Below the pieces are notes generated by a model. That model did no database searches. It was given only the letters and a program-made list of their open reading frames with translations, and was not told where the DNA came from. Shown here piece after piece: positions 17,079 through 26,774 of a stretch of DNA of 64,000 nt (position 1 is the first letter of the stretch; each line of letters starts with the position of its first letter). The position numbers and the translations under genes are program-made. This stretch comes from Elusimicrobiota bacterium (GTDB lineage Bacteria > Elusimicrobiota > Elusimicrobia > UBA1565 > UBA9628): NCBI GenBank assembly GCA_016207605.1, contig JACQPJ010000059.1, positions 1,238 to 65,237 of the forward strand. Reading direction: 5' to 3'.

Positions 17079-18031
17079 AGGTCCCGCTCCTCGACCAGGA
17101 CGTCGTTGACGTAGATCTTGACCCGGCCGCCGCCCGAGGACTCGACCGGGACCTCGACCTTGGCGCCGGGCCCGCGCAGGCCGTTGAAGAGCTCCCTCTC
17201 GCCGTACCTGTCCGCCAGCAGGATGCGCACCTGGCTGTCCGAGCCCCCCGGCCCCAACTGGTAGCGGAAGGTCCGGACCGCGCCCTGGACCGCGCTCGGG
17301 CGCCCGCTGGCCGTCACCAAGATCGCGGCGTCGGGGGACAGGGCGGCGTCGGGCGCCGGGCTTTGGGTCAGCACCGTGCCGGCGGGAAACGGGGAGGACG
17401 CATCGACGCGCACGTCCACGCGCATGCCCGCGCCCGCGGCCCAGGCCTGGACGGCGCCGACGGTCTTGCGCTGGAAGTCGGGCATCAGCGTCACGCCCGC
17501 GGGCGGCGGGCCGCCGGACAAGACGAGGCTGACCAAGGTCCCCTTCTCCACGCCCGCCTCGGAGCGCGGGTCCTGGGAGAGCACCAGTCCCTTGTCCATC
17601 TTGAGCGAATAGGCCTCGCCCACCTCGCCCAGGGCGAGCTGGGACTGGCGCAGGAGCATCTCGGCGTTGCGCAGGGGCAGGCCCGCGAGGGAGGGCGTCA
17701 GCACGGCTTGCCCGCCCTGGCTGACGACGACGCGCACGGTCTTGCCTTCCCGCACCACGGTCCCGGCGGCGGGCTCCTGGCGCAGGACCGCGGCGATGGG
17801 CGCCGAGGCGTCGAACTCCGCGCCGGTCTTGCGCAGCCCGAGGTTCAAGGAGGAGAGCAGGTCCAGGGCGTTGGCGATCGAACGGCCCTTCAGATCGGGC
17901 ACGACCTGGGTCCGTCGGCTGTGCACCAATCCCTCCAGACTCCAATTGACGGCCCAGGCGGCGAACGCGCAGACGACGGCCGCCGTCGCCGCCGTCTCCA
18001 TCCACGTCGCCCTCGCGCTTTTCGTCGTCAA
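17075..18031 (-). CDS. membrane-anchored PASTA-domain protein (three PASTA repeats, no kinase)
   Basis: N-terminal TM; VVPDLKG, TPSLAG, MPDFQ repeat starts with VLRQEP/VLSQDP/VLTQSP motifs; alternative ATG start at 18001. Confidence 0.88.
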   Translation of the reverse strand: MTTKSARATWMETAATAAVVCAFAAWAVNWSLEGLVHSRRTQVVPDLKGRSIANALDLLSSLNLGLRKTGAEFDASAPIAAVLRQEPAAGTVVREGKTVRVVVSQGGQAVLTPSLAGLPLRNAEMLLRQSQLALGEVGEAYSLKMDKGLVLSQDPRSEAGVEKGTLVSLVLSGGPPPAGVTLMPDFQRKTVGAVQAWAAGAGMRVDVRVDASSPFPAGTVLTQSPAPDAALSPDAAILVTASGRPSAVQGAVRTFRYQLGPGGSDSQVRILLADRYGERELFNGLRGPGAKVEVPVESSGGGRVKIYVNDVLVEERDL

Positions 18032-18981
18032 GCCTCGCTCCCGGAAACGGGCAAAAAATCGCCCTCGGCCAAACGCAGGCCGTTGGCGAATTCCGCAGCG
18101 TTCAGCGTCTTTTTTCCCTCAGGTTGCACGTCGAGGAGCCACAGACGACTGCGGGACGCGCATTCTACCAAAATCCCGCGGCCTCGTTCAACGCGCAGAA
18201 CGCGCCCCGGGCGGCCGGTCCCGGGCGGATCCTCGGGCCCCGGCAGCGCCGCGCGCAGGACCCGCAGGGAGCCGCCGCCCCGCCGCTCCAGCCAGGCGCG
18301 CGGCCAGGCTCGGAACGCGCGCACGCGGTCGTGGAGCTCCCGCGCTGGACGCGACAGGTCCAGGCGCGCGTCCTCCCTCCGGATCAGCGGCGCCGGGCTC
18401 GCCTCCCCGGACTGCGGCCGACGGACCGCGCGCCCCGCCGCGAGCTCGGCCAGGGCCTCGTCGAGCAGGCCCACGCCGAGCGGCGTCAGGCGCTCGAGCA
18501 GGGCCGGCGCGTCCTCGTCGAGCCCGATGGCCGCCTCGCGGACGGACTGGACGGGCCCGGTGTCGAGGCCCTCGTCCAGCCAGAAGAGAGTGACGCCGGT
18601 GCGCGCCTCCCCGCGGGCCAGGGCCCACTGCACCGGCGCGGCGCCGCGGTATTGGGGCAGGACGGAGAAATGAACGTTGAGAAAACCCAGGCGCGCGGTC
18701 CTCAACACGTCGGACGCGAGCAGGCGGCCGTAGGCGACGACGACGGCCAGATCGGGGGCCAGGGCCTTGAGTTCGTCGACGGCGTCCGCCGGGCGCTCGG
18801 GCTGCAGCACGCGCAGGCCCAGCCCGACCGCCGCCGCCTTGACCGGCGTCGGCGCCAGCGCCAGGCCCCGGCCCGCGGGCCGGTCCGGCTGCGAGACGAC
18901 GGCGAGCACTTCGGTCCTTGCCGCCAGGAGGCGCAAAAAGGGAACGGCCGTCTTGGGCGTGCCGAAGAAGACGGTGCGCAT
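18028..18981 (-). CDS. fmt: methionyl-tRNA formyltransferase
   Basis: VFFGTP, SQPDRPAGRG, VVVAYG, NVHFSVLPQYRGAAP, GLDTGP. Confidence 0.96.
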   Translation of the reverse strand: MRTVFFGTPKTAVPFLRLLAARTEVLAVVSQPDRPAGRGLALAPTPVKAAAVGLGLRVLQPERPADAVDELKALAPDLAVVVAYGRLLASDVLRTARLGFLNVHFSVLPQYRGAAPVQWALARGEARTGVTLFWLDEGLDTGPVQSVREAAIGLDEDAPALLERLTPLGVGLLDEALAELAAGRAVRRPQSGEASPAPLIRREDARLDLSRPARELHDRVRAFRAWPRAWLERRGGGSLRVLRAALPGPEDPPGTGRPGRVLRVERGRGILVECASRSRLWLLDVQPEGKKTLNAAEFANGLRLAEGDFLPVSGSEA

Positions 18982-19021
18982 CACCGCTTGCTCCGGAACA
19001 AGCCGCGGCGCCGGCACATCG

Positions 19022-19534
19022 TTAAGCCCAGCCCGGCTTGACGCGCTTGACCACGTCGAGGACCTTCAGGCGCTCCTCGAAAGGCAGGCGATCCACGTAG
19101 AGCTTGCCGTCGAGGTGGTCGATCTCGTGCTGGAGGGCCCGCGCCAGCAGGCCCTCGGCCGCCAGCTCGAAAGGCCTCCCGCGCTCATCGAGCGCGCGAG
19201 CGCGCACGCGCGCGGCGCGCGCCAGCGGGGCGTAGACGCCCGGCAGGGACAGGCAGCCCTCCTCCTCCCTCTGCTCGCCCTCGGCCCAGACGAGCTCGGG
19301 GTTGACGAGCACCAGCCGCCGCGAGCGGCCCTCGGGCCTGACGTCGACGACGGCCAGGCGCAGCGAGAGGCCCACCTGCGGCGCGGCCAAGCCCACGCCG
19401 CGCGCCGCCTCCATCGTGGCCCATAGATCGCGCAGGAGCGCGGGCAGCCGCGGGGCCAGCGCCGCGAAGTCGACGGGCGGACAGGGCGTCTTCAGGACCC
19501 GCTCGCCGTGCTTGACGACGCGGCGGATCGGCAT
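19022..19534 (-). CDS. def: peptide deformylase
   Basis: GVGLAAPQVG, EGCLS, QHEIDHLDG. Confidence 0.97.
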   Translation of the reverse strand: MPIRRVVKHGERVLKTPCPPVDFAALAPRLPALLRDLWATMEAARGVGLAAPQVGLSLRLAVVDVRPEGRSRRLVLVNPELVWAEGEQREEEGCLSLPGVYAPLARAARVRARALDERGRPFELAAEGLLARALQHEIDHLDGKLYVDRLPFEERLKVLDVVKRVKPGWA

Positions 19535-19538
19535 GGGT

Positions 19539-19991
19539 CTAGTCCCGCGCGCGCAGGAGCGCCAACGCGGCGGCCGGGTCCGGGGCGGCGGCCAGGAGCT
19601 CCAGGAGCGCGGGCGTGAACAGGGCCGCGGCGTCGCGCAGGAACTGAAGATGCCGGGGCAAGTCCTCCGGCCGGTCGGGGGAAAAGAACAGGAAGACGGC
19701 GCGGACGGGACGGCCCGCGTCGCGCGCGGGCGTCTTGAAGACGCTCAGGCCGGCCAGGAAGGCGGTCAGCCCGCCCACGCGCGCGTGCGGCAGGCTCAGG
19801 CCCGTGTCCAGGATCGTCGAGATCCCGCGCTCGCGCTCCCGGACCTTGGCCAAAAGCGCGGCCGCGTCGGCGACGCCCGCCCGACGGCAGATCGCGCCGG
19901 CCAGGGCCTCCAGGGCGGCGTCCTTGCCGGCGTCCGCCGGCGCAAAGAGCACCACGTCCTCGCTGAGCAGGTCGGAGATGCGCTCGATCAT
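19539..19991 (-). CDS. PTS EIIA (fructose/Ntr-type) domain protein
   Basis: RERERGISTILDTGLSLPHAR (phospho-His motif), HLQFL. Confidence 0.85.
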   Translation of the reverse strand: MIERISDLLSEDVVLFAPADAGKDAALEALAGAICRRAGVADAAALLAKVRERERGISTILDTGLSLPHARVGGLTAFLAGLSVFKTPARDAGRPVRAVFLFFSPDRPEDLPRHLQFLRDAAALFTPALLELLAAAPDPAAALALLRARD

Positions 19992-20092
19992 GAGGGAGGA
20001 ATTTTACAATACCTCCCCCGATGGATAGAATGCCCCCATGACCGAGCATAGGCGAGGAAATGGTTGCTCCAAGCGGAGCGAGTAAAGCAACC

Positions 20093-20860
20093 ATGCGCAA
20101 TTCACTCGCCGGGAAAACGGTGATCGTGACGCGGCCGGAGGACCGCGCCGGGGGATTGGCCGCCGCCTTGCGGCGCCGCGGCGCGCGCGTCGTTCTCGCG
20201 CCGCTGATCCGGACGCGGCCCCCGCGGTCCTGGAGGCGCCTCGACGCCGCCCTGCGGGGCCTCGCCCGCTTCGACGCGGTCGTCTTCGCCAGCGCCGCCG
20301 GCGTGGAGGCTTTTTTCGCCCGCGCCCGGAGGCTCGCGGTCCGCACGCCGCCGCCGGCCGCGGCCGCGGCGGTGGGACCGGCCACGGCGCGGGCCCTGGC
20401 CGCGCGCGGCTGGCGCGCGTCGGTCGTGCCCGAGGAGAGCCGCGCCGAGGGTTTGGCGGCCGCCCTGCGCCAGGCGCGGGGGCGCCGCGCGCTCCTGCCG
20501 CGCGCGGAGCGCGGGCGCGAGGCGCTGCCCCGCCTGCTGCGCGCGGCGGGCTGGCGCGTGCGCGTCGCGGCGGCCTACCGCACCGCCGGCGACCCCGCGG
20601 GCCGGCGCGCCCTGCGCCGGGCCCTGGCCGCCGGCGCCGACGCCGTGTGCTTCGCCTCCGGCTCGGCCGTGGACTCGGCCGCGGCCGCGCTCGGCGGCGC
20701 GAGGCTGCGCCGGGCCCTGCGCGGCTGCGCCGCGGTCGCCATCGGCCCGGTCACGGCCGCGGCCCTGCGCGGACGCGGCATCCCGGCCGCGGCCGTGGCG
20801 GCGCGCGCCGACGGCAACGCCCTCGCCGCGGCCGTCGCCCGCGCCTTGAGGACGAAGTGA
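20093..20860 (+). CDS. hemD: uroporphyrinogen-III synthase
   Basis: VIVTRP, VVFASAAGV, AVGPATA, AAYRT, FASGSAV, AIGPVTA; ORF extends upstream to 20060. Confidence 0.88.
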   Translation: MRNSLAGKTVIVTRPEDRAGGLAAALRRRGARVVLAPLIRTRPPRSWRRLDAALRGLARFDAVVFASAAGVEAFFARARRLAVRTPPPAAAAAVGPATARALAARGWRASVVPEESRAEGLAAALRQARGRRALLPRAERGREALPRLLRAAGWRVRVAAAYRTAGDPAGRRALRRALAAGADAVCFASGSAVDSAAAALGGARLRRALRGCAAVAIGPVTAAALRGRGIPAAAVAARADGNALAAAVARALRTK

Positions 20861-21642
20861 CCCGGCGCGAATCGCTCGCCGACGTCATGCGCCGCGCCGG
20901 GCGCGTGCTCTCCCGGCTCTTCGGCAGGGTTGGCTACCGCCGGAAGCGCCGCGCCGACCTGGTCACGGCCGCGGACCTGGAGAGCCAGCGTGAGATCCTC
21001 GGCGTCGTCCGCCGCGCCTTTCCCGGAGACGACTACCGGGCCGAGGAGGACGCGGTCAAGGACGCGGGCGCCGAGCACCTCTGGCTCATTGACCCGCTCG
21101 ACGGCACCACCAACTACGCCCACGGCTACCCCGCTGCCTGCGTCTCCGTCGGCGTCCTGCGCCGCGGGCGCCCGCTGCTGGGCGGCGTGCTCGATCCGTT
21201 CCGCGGGGAACTCTTTCTCGCGGAGCAAGGCAAGGGCGCAACCCTCAACAGCCGATCCATCCGCGTGACCAAGACAAATCACGTCTCCGACGCCCTGCTG
21301 ATCACGGGATTCGCCTACGACCGCGCGGAGCGCGCCGACTTCTACCTCGCCCGCTTCAAGGCCTTCATGACCCGCTGCCACGACGTGCGCCGCTCCGGCT
21401 CGGCCGCGCTGGACCTGGCCTGGGTCGCGGCGGGCCGCGCCGACGGCTTCTGGGAGTACGGCCTGAGTCCCTGGGACGTGGCCGCGGGCTGGCTCCTCGT
21501 CGGCGAGGCGGGGGGCAAGGTCAGCGACTTCTCCGGCCGCCCCTGGCGCGACGTCAAAAGCCTCGGCGCCGAGACGCTCGCGACCAACGGCCGCGTCCAC
21601 GCCGGGATGCTCGCCGTTCTCAGAAACGAACGGCGAACGTGA
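20857..21642 (+). CDS. suhB: inositol monophosphatase family protein
   Basis: DLVTAAD, WLIDPLDGTTNY, RRSGSAALDL, WDVAAG; GTG start overlapping hemD stop. Confidence 0.94.
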   Translation: MTRRESLADVMRRAGRVLSRLFGRVGYRRKRRADLVTAADLESQREILGVVRRAFPGDDYRAEEDAVKDAGAEHLWLIDPLDGTTNYAHGYPAACVSVGVLRRGRPLLGGVLDPFRGELFLAEQGKGATLNSRSIRVTKTNHVSDALLITGFAYDRAERADFYLARFKAFMTRCHDVRRSGSAALDLAWVAAGRADGFWEYGLSPWDVAAGWLLVGEAGGKVSDFSGRPWRDVKSLGAETLATNGRVHAGMLAVLRNERRT

Positions 21643-22444
21643 GGCGGTGGGAGTCGCCCACGTCCCCGAAGGGGACCCAGGCGTAGTCCACGCGCAAGGC
21701 GGCGAAATCCAGGCCCAGGCCGAAGGACCCGCCGGAAAAGCCCTCGATGCCGGTGGAGCGCGCGGAGTCGTAGCCGGCGCGCAGGGCCGCGGTCCAGGGC
21801 AGGACCGAGCCGGCCGGGCCGACGAGGAAGCGCCGCTCGACGCCGACGGCGACATAGGCGGCGTCGTCGACCGGGAAGACCGCGTCCAGGGCCGCCTCGA
21901 AGGATGGGGACGCGCGCCAGGAGAGGCCCGCGCGGGCGCTCAGCGGCAGGGGATCGGCGGCGGAGCCGAGCTTGAGCCGGGGGCCGAGGTTCAGCAGCGC
22001 GGCGCCGAAGTCCACCGGGGCGCCGGCCAGGTCCGAGGCGTCCGGCGCGACGACGCCCAAGTCGACGGCGGCCCCGTCGGCGCGACGGTCGCTGAGCGCG
22101 GAGTGAATGAGCTTGAAGGCGGCGCCGACGTCCCAGGCGCCGACGCGGCGCGCCAGACCCGCTCCCGCGGCCAGATCGAGCGGCGTGAAGCGGCCCGCCG
22201 CGTTGCCCTGCGAGTCGTAGGCGGTCTGGGGAGACTGCGAGGCGTAGACGAGACCCACGCCCAGGGCGCCCTGCTCGCCCAGCGGCCGCGCGTAGGCCAT
22301 CGAGCCCTGGTAGGCCGTCTCAAGCAGCGCGTCGTAGCCCAGGGCGGCCTCGGCGGGCGAGCCGGGCCTGAAGCGCGCCAGCGCCGCGGGGTTCTGGAAG
22401 AGGGCTTCCGCCCCTTGCGCCGACGCGGCGACGGCGCCGCCCAT
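21620..22444 (-). CDS. PorV/PorQ-family outer-membrane beta-barrel protein (start probably further upstream, near 22600)
   Basis: In-frame upstream FLLAAAALAL signal and GTTGASFLK.P.GARAAAMG motif; FQNPAALA; C-terminal YAWVPFGDVGDSHRLTFAVRF. Confidence 0.8.
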   Translation of the reverse strand: MGGAVAASAQGAEALFQNPAALARFRPGSPAEAALGYDALLETAYQGSMAYARPLGEQGALGVGLVYASQSPQTAYDSQGNAAGRFTPLDLAAGAGLARRVGAWDVGAAFKLIHSALSDRRADGAAVDLGVVAPDASDLAGAPVDFGAALLNLGPRLKLGSAADPLPLSARAGLSWRASPSFEAALDAVFPVDDAAYVAVGVERRFLVGPAGSVLPWTAALRAGYDSARSTGIEGFSGGSFGLGLDFAALRVDYAWVPFGDVGDSHRLTFAVRF

Positions 22445-22587
22445 GGCGGCGGCGCGCGCGCCGAAGGGATTCTTGAGGAAGGAGGCCCCCGTGGTGCCGA
22501 CGGCCGACGAGGAAAACGCGCCGGGAGGAAGCAGGCCGGCGCGGACGACGGAGGGCAGGGCCAGGGCCGCGGCGGCGAGGAGAAACG

Positions 22588-23190
22588 TCAGACCGGCCAG
22601 ACGGGCCCCCGGCGGGGCGGCGTCGCCTCGGCGGGCGCGTCCACGGACGCCGGGGGAGAGGCGACCTCGACGGACGCCTCGGCCGGGACGGCCAGCGGCA
22701 ATTCCACGGCGGGCTCCGGCGCCGGGGCAGGCTCGAGCCGGCGGACTCTCCTGGGGGCGGCCTCGGCCGCGGGCGCCTGGAGCTTCTCGACGCTGCGGGC
22801 GAGCGCGTCCAGGCGCTCGATGAGGAACTCGTCGCGTCCCGTCAAGGACTCCAGCCGCCCCGCCACGCCCCGAATCTCGCCGCGCAGGCTCTCCAACGCG
22901 ATCTGGAGCTCACGGAGGGCCGCCGCGGATGCCTGCTCCGGACCGCCCTCCGGGGCCAGCGACGCGACCGCGGGCGGAGCTTCCTCCGCCTCGAACACGG
23001 GACTCGCCGCGGGCTCCGGGACGGACCCGGACTCGAGCTCAGACTCGGCGTCCGGCTCGCGGCGGTCGGCCGCCTCCGCCGCGGCGCGATATTGGCTCAG
23101 GAGGAAGAAGAACAAGCGGCCGCTCACCAGCAGGCCCGCCGCCGAGACGTAGAACCAGCCGTCCGTCAGAAGCCCCGCCATGTTTTCCAT
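22588..23190 (-). CDS. hypothetical membrane-anchored protein with coiled-coil
   Basis: N-terminal TM (WFYVSAAGLLVSGRLFFFLL), acidic/Pro-rich linker, LRELQIALESLRGEI heptads; TACCAT box 9 nt before ATG. Confidence 0.6.
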   Translation of the reverse strand: MENMAGLLTDGWFYVSAAGLLVSGRLFFFLLSQYRAAAEAADRREPDAESELESGSVPEPAASPVFEAEEAPPAVASLAPEGGPEQASAAALRELQIALESLRGEIRGVAGRLESLTGRDEFLIERLDALARSVEKLQAPAAEAAPRRVRRLEPAPAPEPAVELPLAVPAEASVEVASPPASVDAPAEATPPRRGPVWPV

Positions 23191-23280
23191 ATCCTGGCAA
23201 TGGTACCCGCGCGCGGGGCAAGGTGTCAAGCGCGCCGCACTCGTGCTAAGATACGAACTCGCCGTTCGCCCCCGACTTCC

Positions 23281-24912
23281 GTGAAACGAATCCTCAACGC
23301 CCGCCGGGCCGCCGCGGCCGTCCTCGCCGCGGGATTCCTGTTGACGGCGGCGCGCCCGCGCGCCGCGACCTTCGGCCTGCCCCGCTTCCCGGCCATGACC
23401 CAGACCCTGGCGCTGGAGGCCCTCGCCGACTTCCTGCAAAGCTCAGACGCGGCGCCGACGCAGGCCGTCCTGAACGCATGCGCCTTCCTGGGCGATCTTG
23501 ACTCCGCCGATGTCCCGGCCGCCGGAAACGCCCTTGGGGCCGCGACGGCGATCTCCGCTTTTCGGACGGCCGCGGCCGCGATCCCTCGGCTGACGTCCCG
23601 AGCCGAAGCGCGGGCCAACCCGGCGGCGGCCGCCAAATCGGTCATCCTCCATCGCCTGCGGCGCGTCCTGCCGCTCGACGCCAGGGAGCGAGCCAAGCTC
23701 GCGGCCAACCTCCGGCTCGTCCCGCCAGCCGCGCGCGCCGAGCTGGCGGCGCCGTTTGGGACCGCCCAAGCCATGCGGCACGCGCGGCAAATCGCGGAGG
23801 CGCTCCCAATCGATAAGATCGACGCTCAGCCCGACACGGCCGCGGGACCGCGAACCGGCTGGCGGCCCGAGCAGACGCTCCGGAATATGTCCGCGATCCT
23901 GGAGGCATACCGGAACGACCCCGGACAACGCGCCTTCATTGCGCGCGGTCTCGAAGCTGCCGGCATCGAGCTCGATCCGAACCACGGCAGCTCCGGCGAG
24001 CAGCCTCGCACGCTGCGGTACGTGAGCCTCCGCGATCCGCGGCTGATCCAGCTCGTCAAGGACATGATCGAGGACGGGCTGCTGCGGGCGCTGCTCGACT
24101 CCTGGGGCATCGAGGAGAAGCTGCGGCTCATCCTGTTCGGCGGCGAAGTGACCCTGGACGTCTTCAGAGCCCGGGACCAAGGCGGACCCCTGGCCGCGAC
24201 GATCTGGAGGTACGCCAACGGTCAAGGCGAAGAATATCCTGTTCCGCTGCAGCCCAACGGCGAAAACGACGCCAGCATCGTGACGTCCATCCAGGAACAT
24301 TTCCTGCGCGAGCACGCGCTTGCGAAAATCAACGCTCTTCGCCCCGGGGTCGGCCGGCTGCTGGAAACCAGCTGGTTCGACCCGCTCGGCGACGACTATT
24401 ACGACGCCTACTTCATGCTCCTGGCCCTGGGCTACGACGTGGACGTGGCGGCCGCCGGCGAGGACTACATGCGCCGGGTAGACGACGCCCGCGCGGCGCG
24501 ATCGTTCCGCCGCGAGGTCCGGCGGGATCCCGGCTTCTTCGCGTCGCAGGCGCCCGCGGGCGACGCCGCGCTGGACGCGCTCGCCGAACAGGCAAGAAAA
24601 GCCTATCTCCAAATTGTGACCGCGCTGGGCGTGCTCGCCCGGCACCCGGACCGCCGCCTCGTGAGCCACAACGCGCGCTCGAGCCAGGACCACAGCCGGG
24701 GACCGGTCGGGGTGATCACCGAGGAAGAGTTCCAACGGCACTATGCGAGAAGAGGCTACCGGCTGGTCGTGGGAAAAGCCAAGCCCTCGGCGCTGCTCGA
24801 CGGCGTGCTGGTGCGGCCGGAGTTCCTAGACTTGCTCCGCTTCGTCCAAGGCGAGTTGGGCTACCGTTATGACGCGGCACAGGCGGCCTGGCTCCCCGCG
24901 GACGTCCCCTGA
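23281..24912 (+). CDS. secreted hypothetical protein (paralog 1)
   Basis: GTG start, signal peptide (RRAAAAVLAAGFLLTAA), 543 aa; C-terminal similarity to 25058-26734. Confidence 0.7.
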   Translation: MKRILNARRAAAAVLAAGFLLTAARPRAATFGLPRFPAMTQTLALEALADFLQSSDAAPTQAVLNACAFLGDLDSADVPAAGNALGAATAISAFRTAAAAIPRLTSRAEARANPAAAAKSVILHRLRRVLPLDARERAKLAANLRLVPPAARAELAAPFGTAQAMRHARQIAEALPIDKIDAQPDTAAGPRTGWRPEQTLRNMSAILEAYRNDPGQRAFIARGLEAAGIELDPNHGSSGEQPRTLRYVSLRDPRLIQLVKDMIEDGLLRALLDSWGIEEKLRLILFGGEVTLDVFRARDQGGPLAATIWRYANGQGEEYPVPLQPNGENDASIVTSIQEHFLREHALAKINALRPGVGRLLETSWFDPLGDDYYDAYFMLLALGYDVDVAAAGEDYMRRVDDARAARSFRREVRRDPGFFASQAPAGDAALDALAEQARKAYLQIVTALGVLARHPDRRLVSHNARSSQDHSRGPVGVITEEEFQRHYARRGYRLVVGKAKPSALLDGVLVRPEFLDLLRFVQGELGYRYDAAQAAWLPADVP

Positions 24913-24925
24913 CCGAACGGAGGTC

Positions 24926-24985
24926 CTAGATGCTATGAGCCTTTCCTCGGCGCATCTGTGCCGCGTCCGAAGGATCGCGGCCTAG
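24926..24985. repeat. CTAG-bounded 56-bp double-hairpin repeat unit (inverted copy)
   Basis: Reverse complement of 847-906 with 3 mismatches. Confidence 0.88.
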
Positions 24986-25057
24986 GCCCAGGTCCTAGTC
25001 AAGGTAGGACCAAAGGCTCATGCGGCCCTGCCGGAGCTTTCGGTAGAATAAAAGGCC

Positions 25058-26734
25058 TTGACGAAGCATCGAGACGCGATAAGCCTTTCCTCAGCCCTGG
25101 CCGCCTGCCTCCTCCTTGCCGCGCCGGCGGCGCGGGCGGCCGTCCCGATGGAGGGAAGGGCGGAACAGCCTTCCATCGCGGACGCGCCGAGCCTGGAAAG
25201 CCCGACGCCCCCGGCGGAAGAGCTCTCGCCCCTGATCGCGCTGAACGTGCTGACCTTCGCCCTTCGCGGCGACCTCAATAATATGCCCGAACTCGCGCGG
25301 GCCACGGCGCGCCTGCGCGCGTTGGACGCGGACCAGATCGGAGCGTTGGCTCGGTATACGGGCCTCGTGGACGCTTACCGCAGCGCCGTCGAGGAGGTGC
25401 TGGAGAAATCCGACGCGGCGCAGGCCGCGACGCGCCTCGCGGCGGCGCCACACCTCGCGCCGGAAACCGCGCTCGCGTCGAGCCGCAAGCTCGCCCTGCT
25501 GAGTCACCTGCCCGCCGCCCTCGCCCTTTTGAGCCGAGAGACGCACCAAGACGGGCGGGTCCGAGCGTTTTGGAACGCGCTCCCCGAACCCGCCAAACAA
25601 CGGCTTGAGCGGGACCTGACTGCGCGCGGCATCCCCGCAGCGAACCGGTGGCGGGATGGCCTGACGGCGGACGCACTGAGAAAAATCGGAGAGGCCGCGC
25701 CGTGGGGCAAGGCAACCCCGGCGGGCAAGACCGCAAGCCCGGGGTCGGCGCGGCCGGTCAAGGCCGCGCCCATCCAGCCTGCGGGGTTGGGGGAACTGAT
25801 GGGGCTGGCGCGCAATTATGCTCAAGCCGACGAGCGGGAAGCGGGCCGCATCGAACAGCTCATCCAAGACGCCGGGGCCGCCGTCCGCTTGGACGGCGAC
25901 GCCCGCCACGACGATCTGGACGAAGCCCACGAGTCCCTGGTCCCCGACGGGTTGATCCATCTGACGATCTCTCGACCCGCCGCGATCGAGGACGTCAAGA
26001 CGAAGCTGCAGCAGGGCTCGCTTCTGCGTCTTCTGCGCCAGGGGGGCGTCTACCGGCTCACGCTGGATATCGGCGACGGCGCGCGCCTCACGCTCCTGCC
26101 CATGCGGGATGGCCGCGCCCGGCAGGACGTGTTTGGGATACGGCGGCTGGATCGGGACGGCGAAATGGAGTACCAGGACCTTGCGCAGGCCAGAGCCGCC
26201 GACGGCCCCTGGAAGATCGTCTCCCTGATTGACGAGCTGATCCAGCAGCGCCATGGCTCGGCCATGCTGGCGGGTCTGGGCTACAAGAATCTCTCCGCGC
26301 TCCTCGAGGCCTTCAGGAACGCCGGCCAGCTCGGGAACGCCGATTCGCACATTCGGGCCATGCTTCTCGCCAAGAACCTGATCGCGGACCTCTCGGCGCG
26401 CGAGACGAATTACCTGCGCCTTATGCGCTCGGGCGAGGCGGCCGACGCATTCAAGCGCGAGACGAGGAGCCGGCTTCTGTCCGCGTATTCCCGCCCGGAG
26501 GGAGAAGCCTCGACTGAGCAGGACGCCGCCTCCGCGATCCGCGCGATCTACCTCAAAATCCTGGGAGCCCTGGGCATCTTGAGCGAGATCGAGGGGTTCA
26601 TGCCGCGATCCTACGACGGCGCCTCCGTCGTGGACGGCTTAGCGGTGCCCGCCGCCTTCGCCTTCGCCGTTTGGCACGTCCAGCAGGAGCTGGGCTACTC
26701 CTACGGCCCGGCCGGCTGGCGCAGGCCGAAGTGA
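25058..26734 (+). CDS. secreted hypothetical protein (paralog 2)
   Basis: TTG start 8 nt after TAGAAT; signal peptide (ALAACLLLAAPAARA); shares YL.I..ALG.L and VQ.ELGY.Y motifs with paralog 1. Confidence 0.7.
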   Translation: MTKHRDAISLSSALAACLLLAAPAARAAVPMEGRAEQPSIADAPSLESPTPPAEELSPLIALNVLTFALRGDLNNMPELARATARLRALDADQIGALARYTGLVDAYRSAVEEVLEKSDAAQAATRLAAAPHLAPETALASSRKLALLSHLPAALALLSRETHQDGRVRAFWNALPEPAKQRLERDLTARGIPAANRWRDGLTADALRKIGEAAPWGKATPAGKTASPGSARPVKAAPIQPAGLGELMGLARNYAQADEREAGRIEQLIQDAGAAVRLDGDARHDDLDEAHESLVPDGLIHLTISRPAAIEDVKTKLQQGSLLRLLRQGGVYRLTLDIGDGARLTLLPMRDGRARQDVFGIRRLDRDGEMEYQDLAQARAADGPWKIVSLIDELIQQRHGSAMLAGLGYKNLSALLEAFRNAGQLGNADSHIRAMLLAKNLIADLSARETNYLRLMRSGEAADAFKRETRSRLLSAYSRPEGEASTEQDAASAIRAIYLKILGALGILSEIEGFMPRSYDGASVVDGLAVPAAFAFAVWHVQQELGYSYGPAGWRRPK

Positions 26735-26774
26735 GCCCGACATAGTATAATGGCGGGTCGAGGGAGGCCCGATC

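Noticed and set aside
20038-20085. 15-codon leaderless ORF (MTEHRRGNGCSKRSE) upstream of hemD
   Set aside because: It follows a TAGAAT box by 6 nt, but it is too short and featureless to support as a uORF without conservation data
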